Below, one piece after another: positions 63,701 through 64,000 of a stretch of DNA of 64,000 nucleotides. Under the pieces are notes generated by a model. It was not told where the DNA came from, searched no databases, and was given only the letters and a program-made list of their open reading frames with translations. Source of the DNA: Eledone cirrhosa. Taxonomy: Eukaryota. The translations under genes and the position numbers were made by a program. The number at the start of each line of letters is the position of its first letter. The stretch's first letter is position 1. The stretch spans positions 8,804,001 through 8,868,000 of the forward strand of contig OZ024742.1 of assembly GCA_964016885.1 (NCBI GenBank), read 5' to 3'.

Positions 63701-64000
63701 AGATACATAAGCCGACGTAAACATACATATATATATATCTACATAAGCCGACAGAAACATATATATATACATAAGCCGATACAAACATATATCTCTAGGT
63801 AAGCCGACATAAACACACACACACACACACACACACACACCACAGATATATATATATATATATATATATACATAAGCGGACATAAATATATATCTACACA
63901 TAAGCTGATACAAACCCATATATCTCTACATACAATAACATAAACACATATCTTTACATAAGTTGACATAAACACATACACTTTTCTTATTTTCTCCTTT

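Overview
Repeat-dominated, AT-rich animal genomic DNA, most likely a coleoid cephalopod such as Octopus (inferred from the tRNA-derived SINE family and dense microsatellites). No host protein-coding gene is supported. Contents: five minisatellite/satellite arrays (39, 20, 22/23, 40 and 28 bp units); a decayed full-length hAT (Charlie-type) transposon; a degenerate CR1-like LINE; four Tx1/L1-clade LINEs clustered in (TA)n/(TATC)n tracts, one with an open 1,116-codon ORF2; several SINEs and MITE-like hairpins; hammerhead-ribozyme-like motifs typical of Penelope-like elements; a small LTR element with a tRNA-Trp primer-binding site; and two tandem non-autonomous Helitrons. Most notable observation: in all four Tx1 copies a consensus splice donor overlaps the ORF1 stop and a candidate acceptor coincides with the ORF2 stop. 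The phases differ between the two subfamilies, yet splicing always regenerates an immediate stop, suggesting ORF2 lies in a programmed intron. This is an inference that needs RNA evidence. Boundaries were read by eye and are approximate unless a motif is quoted.
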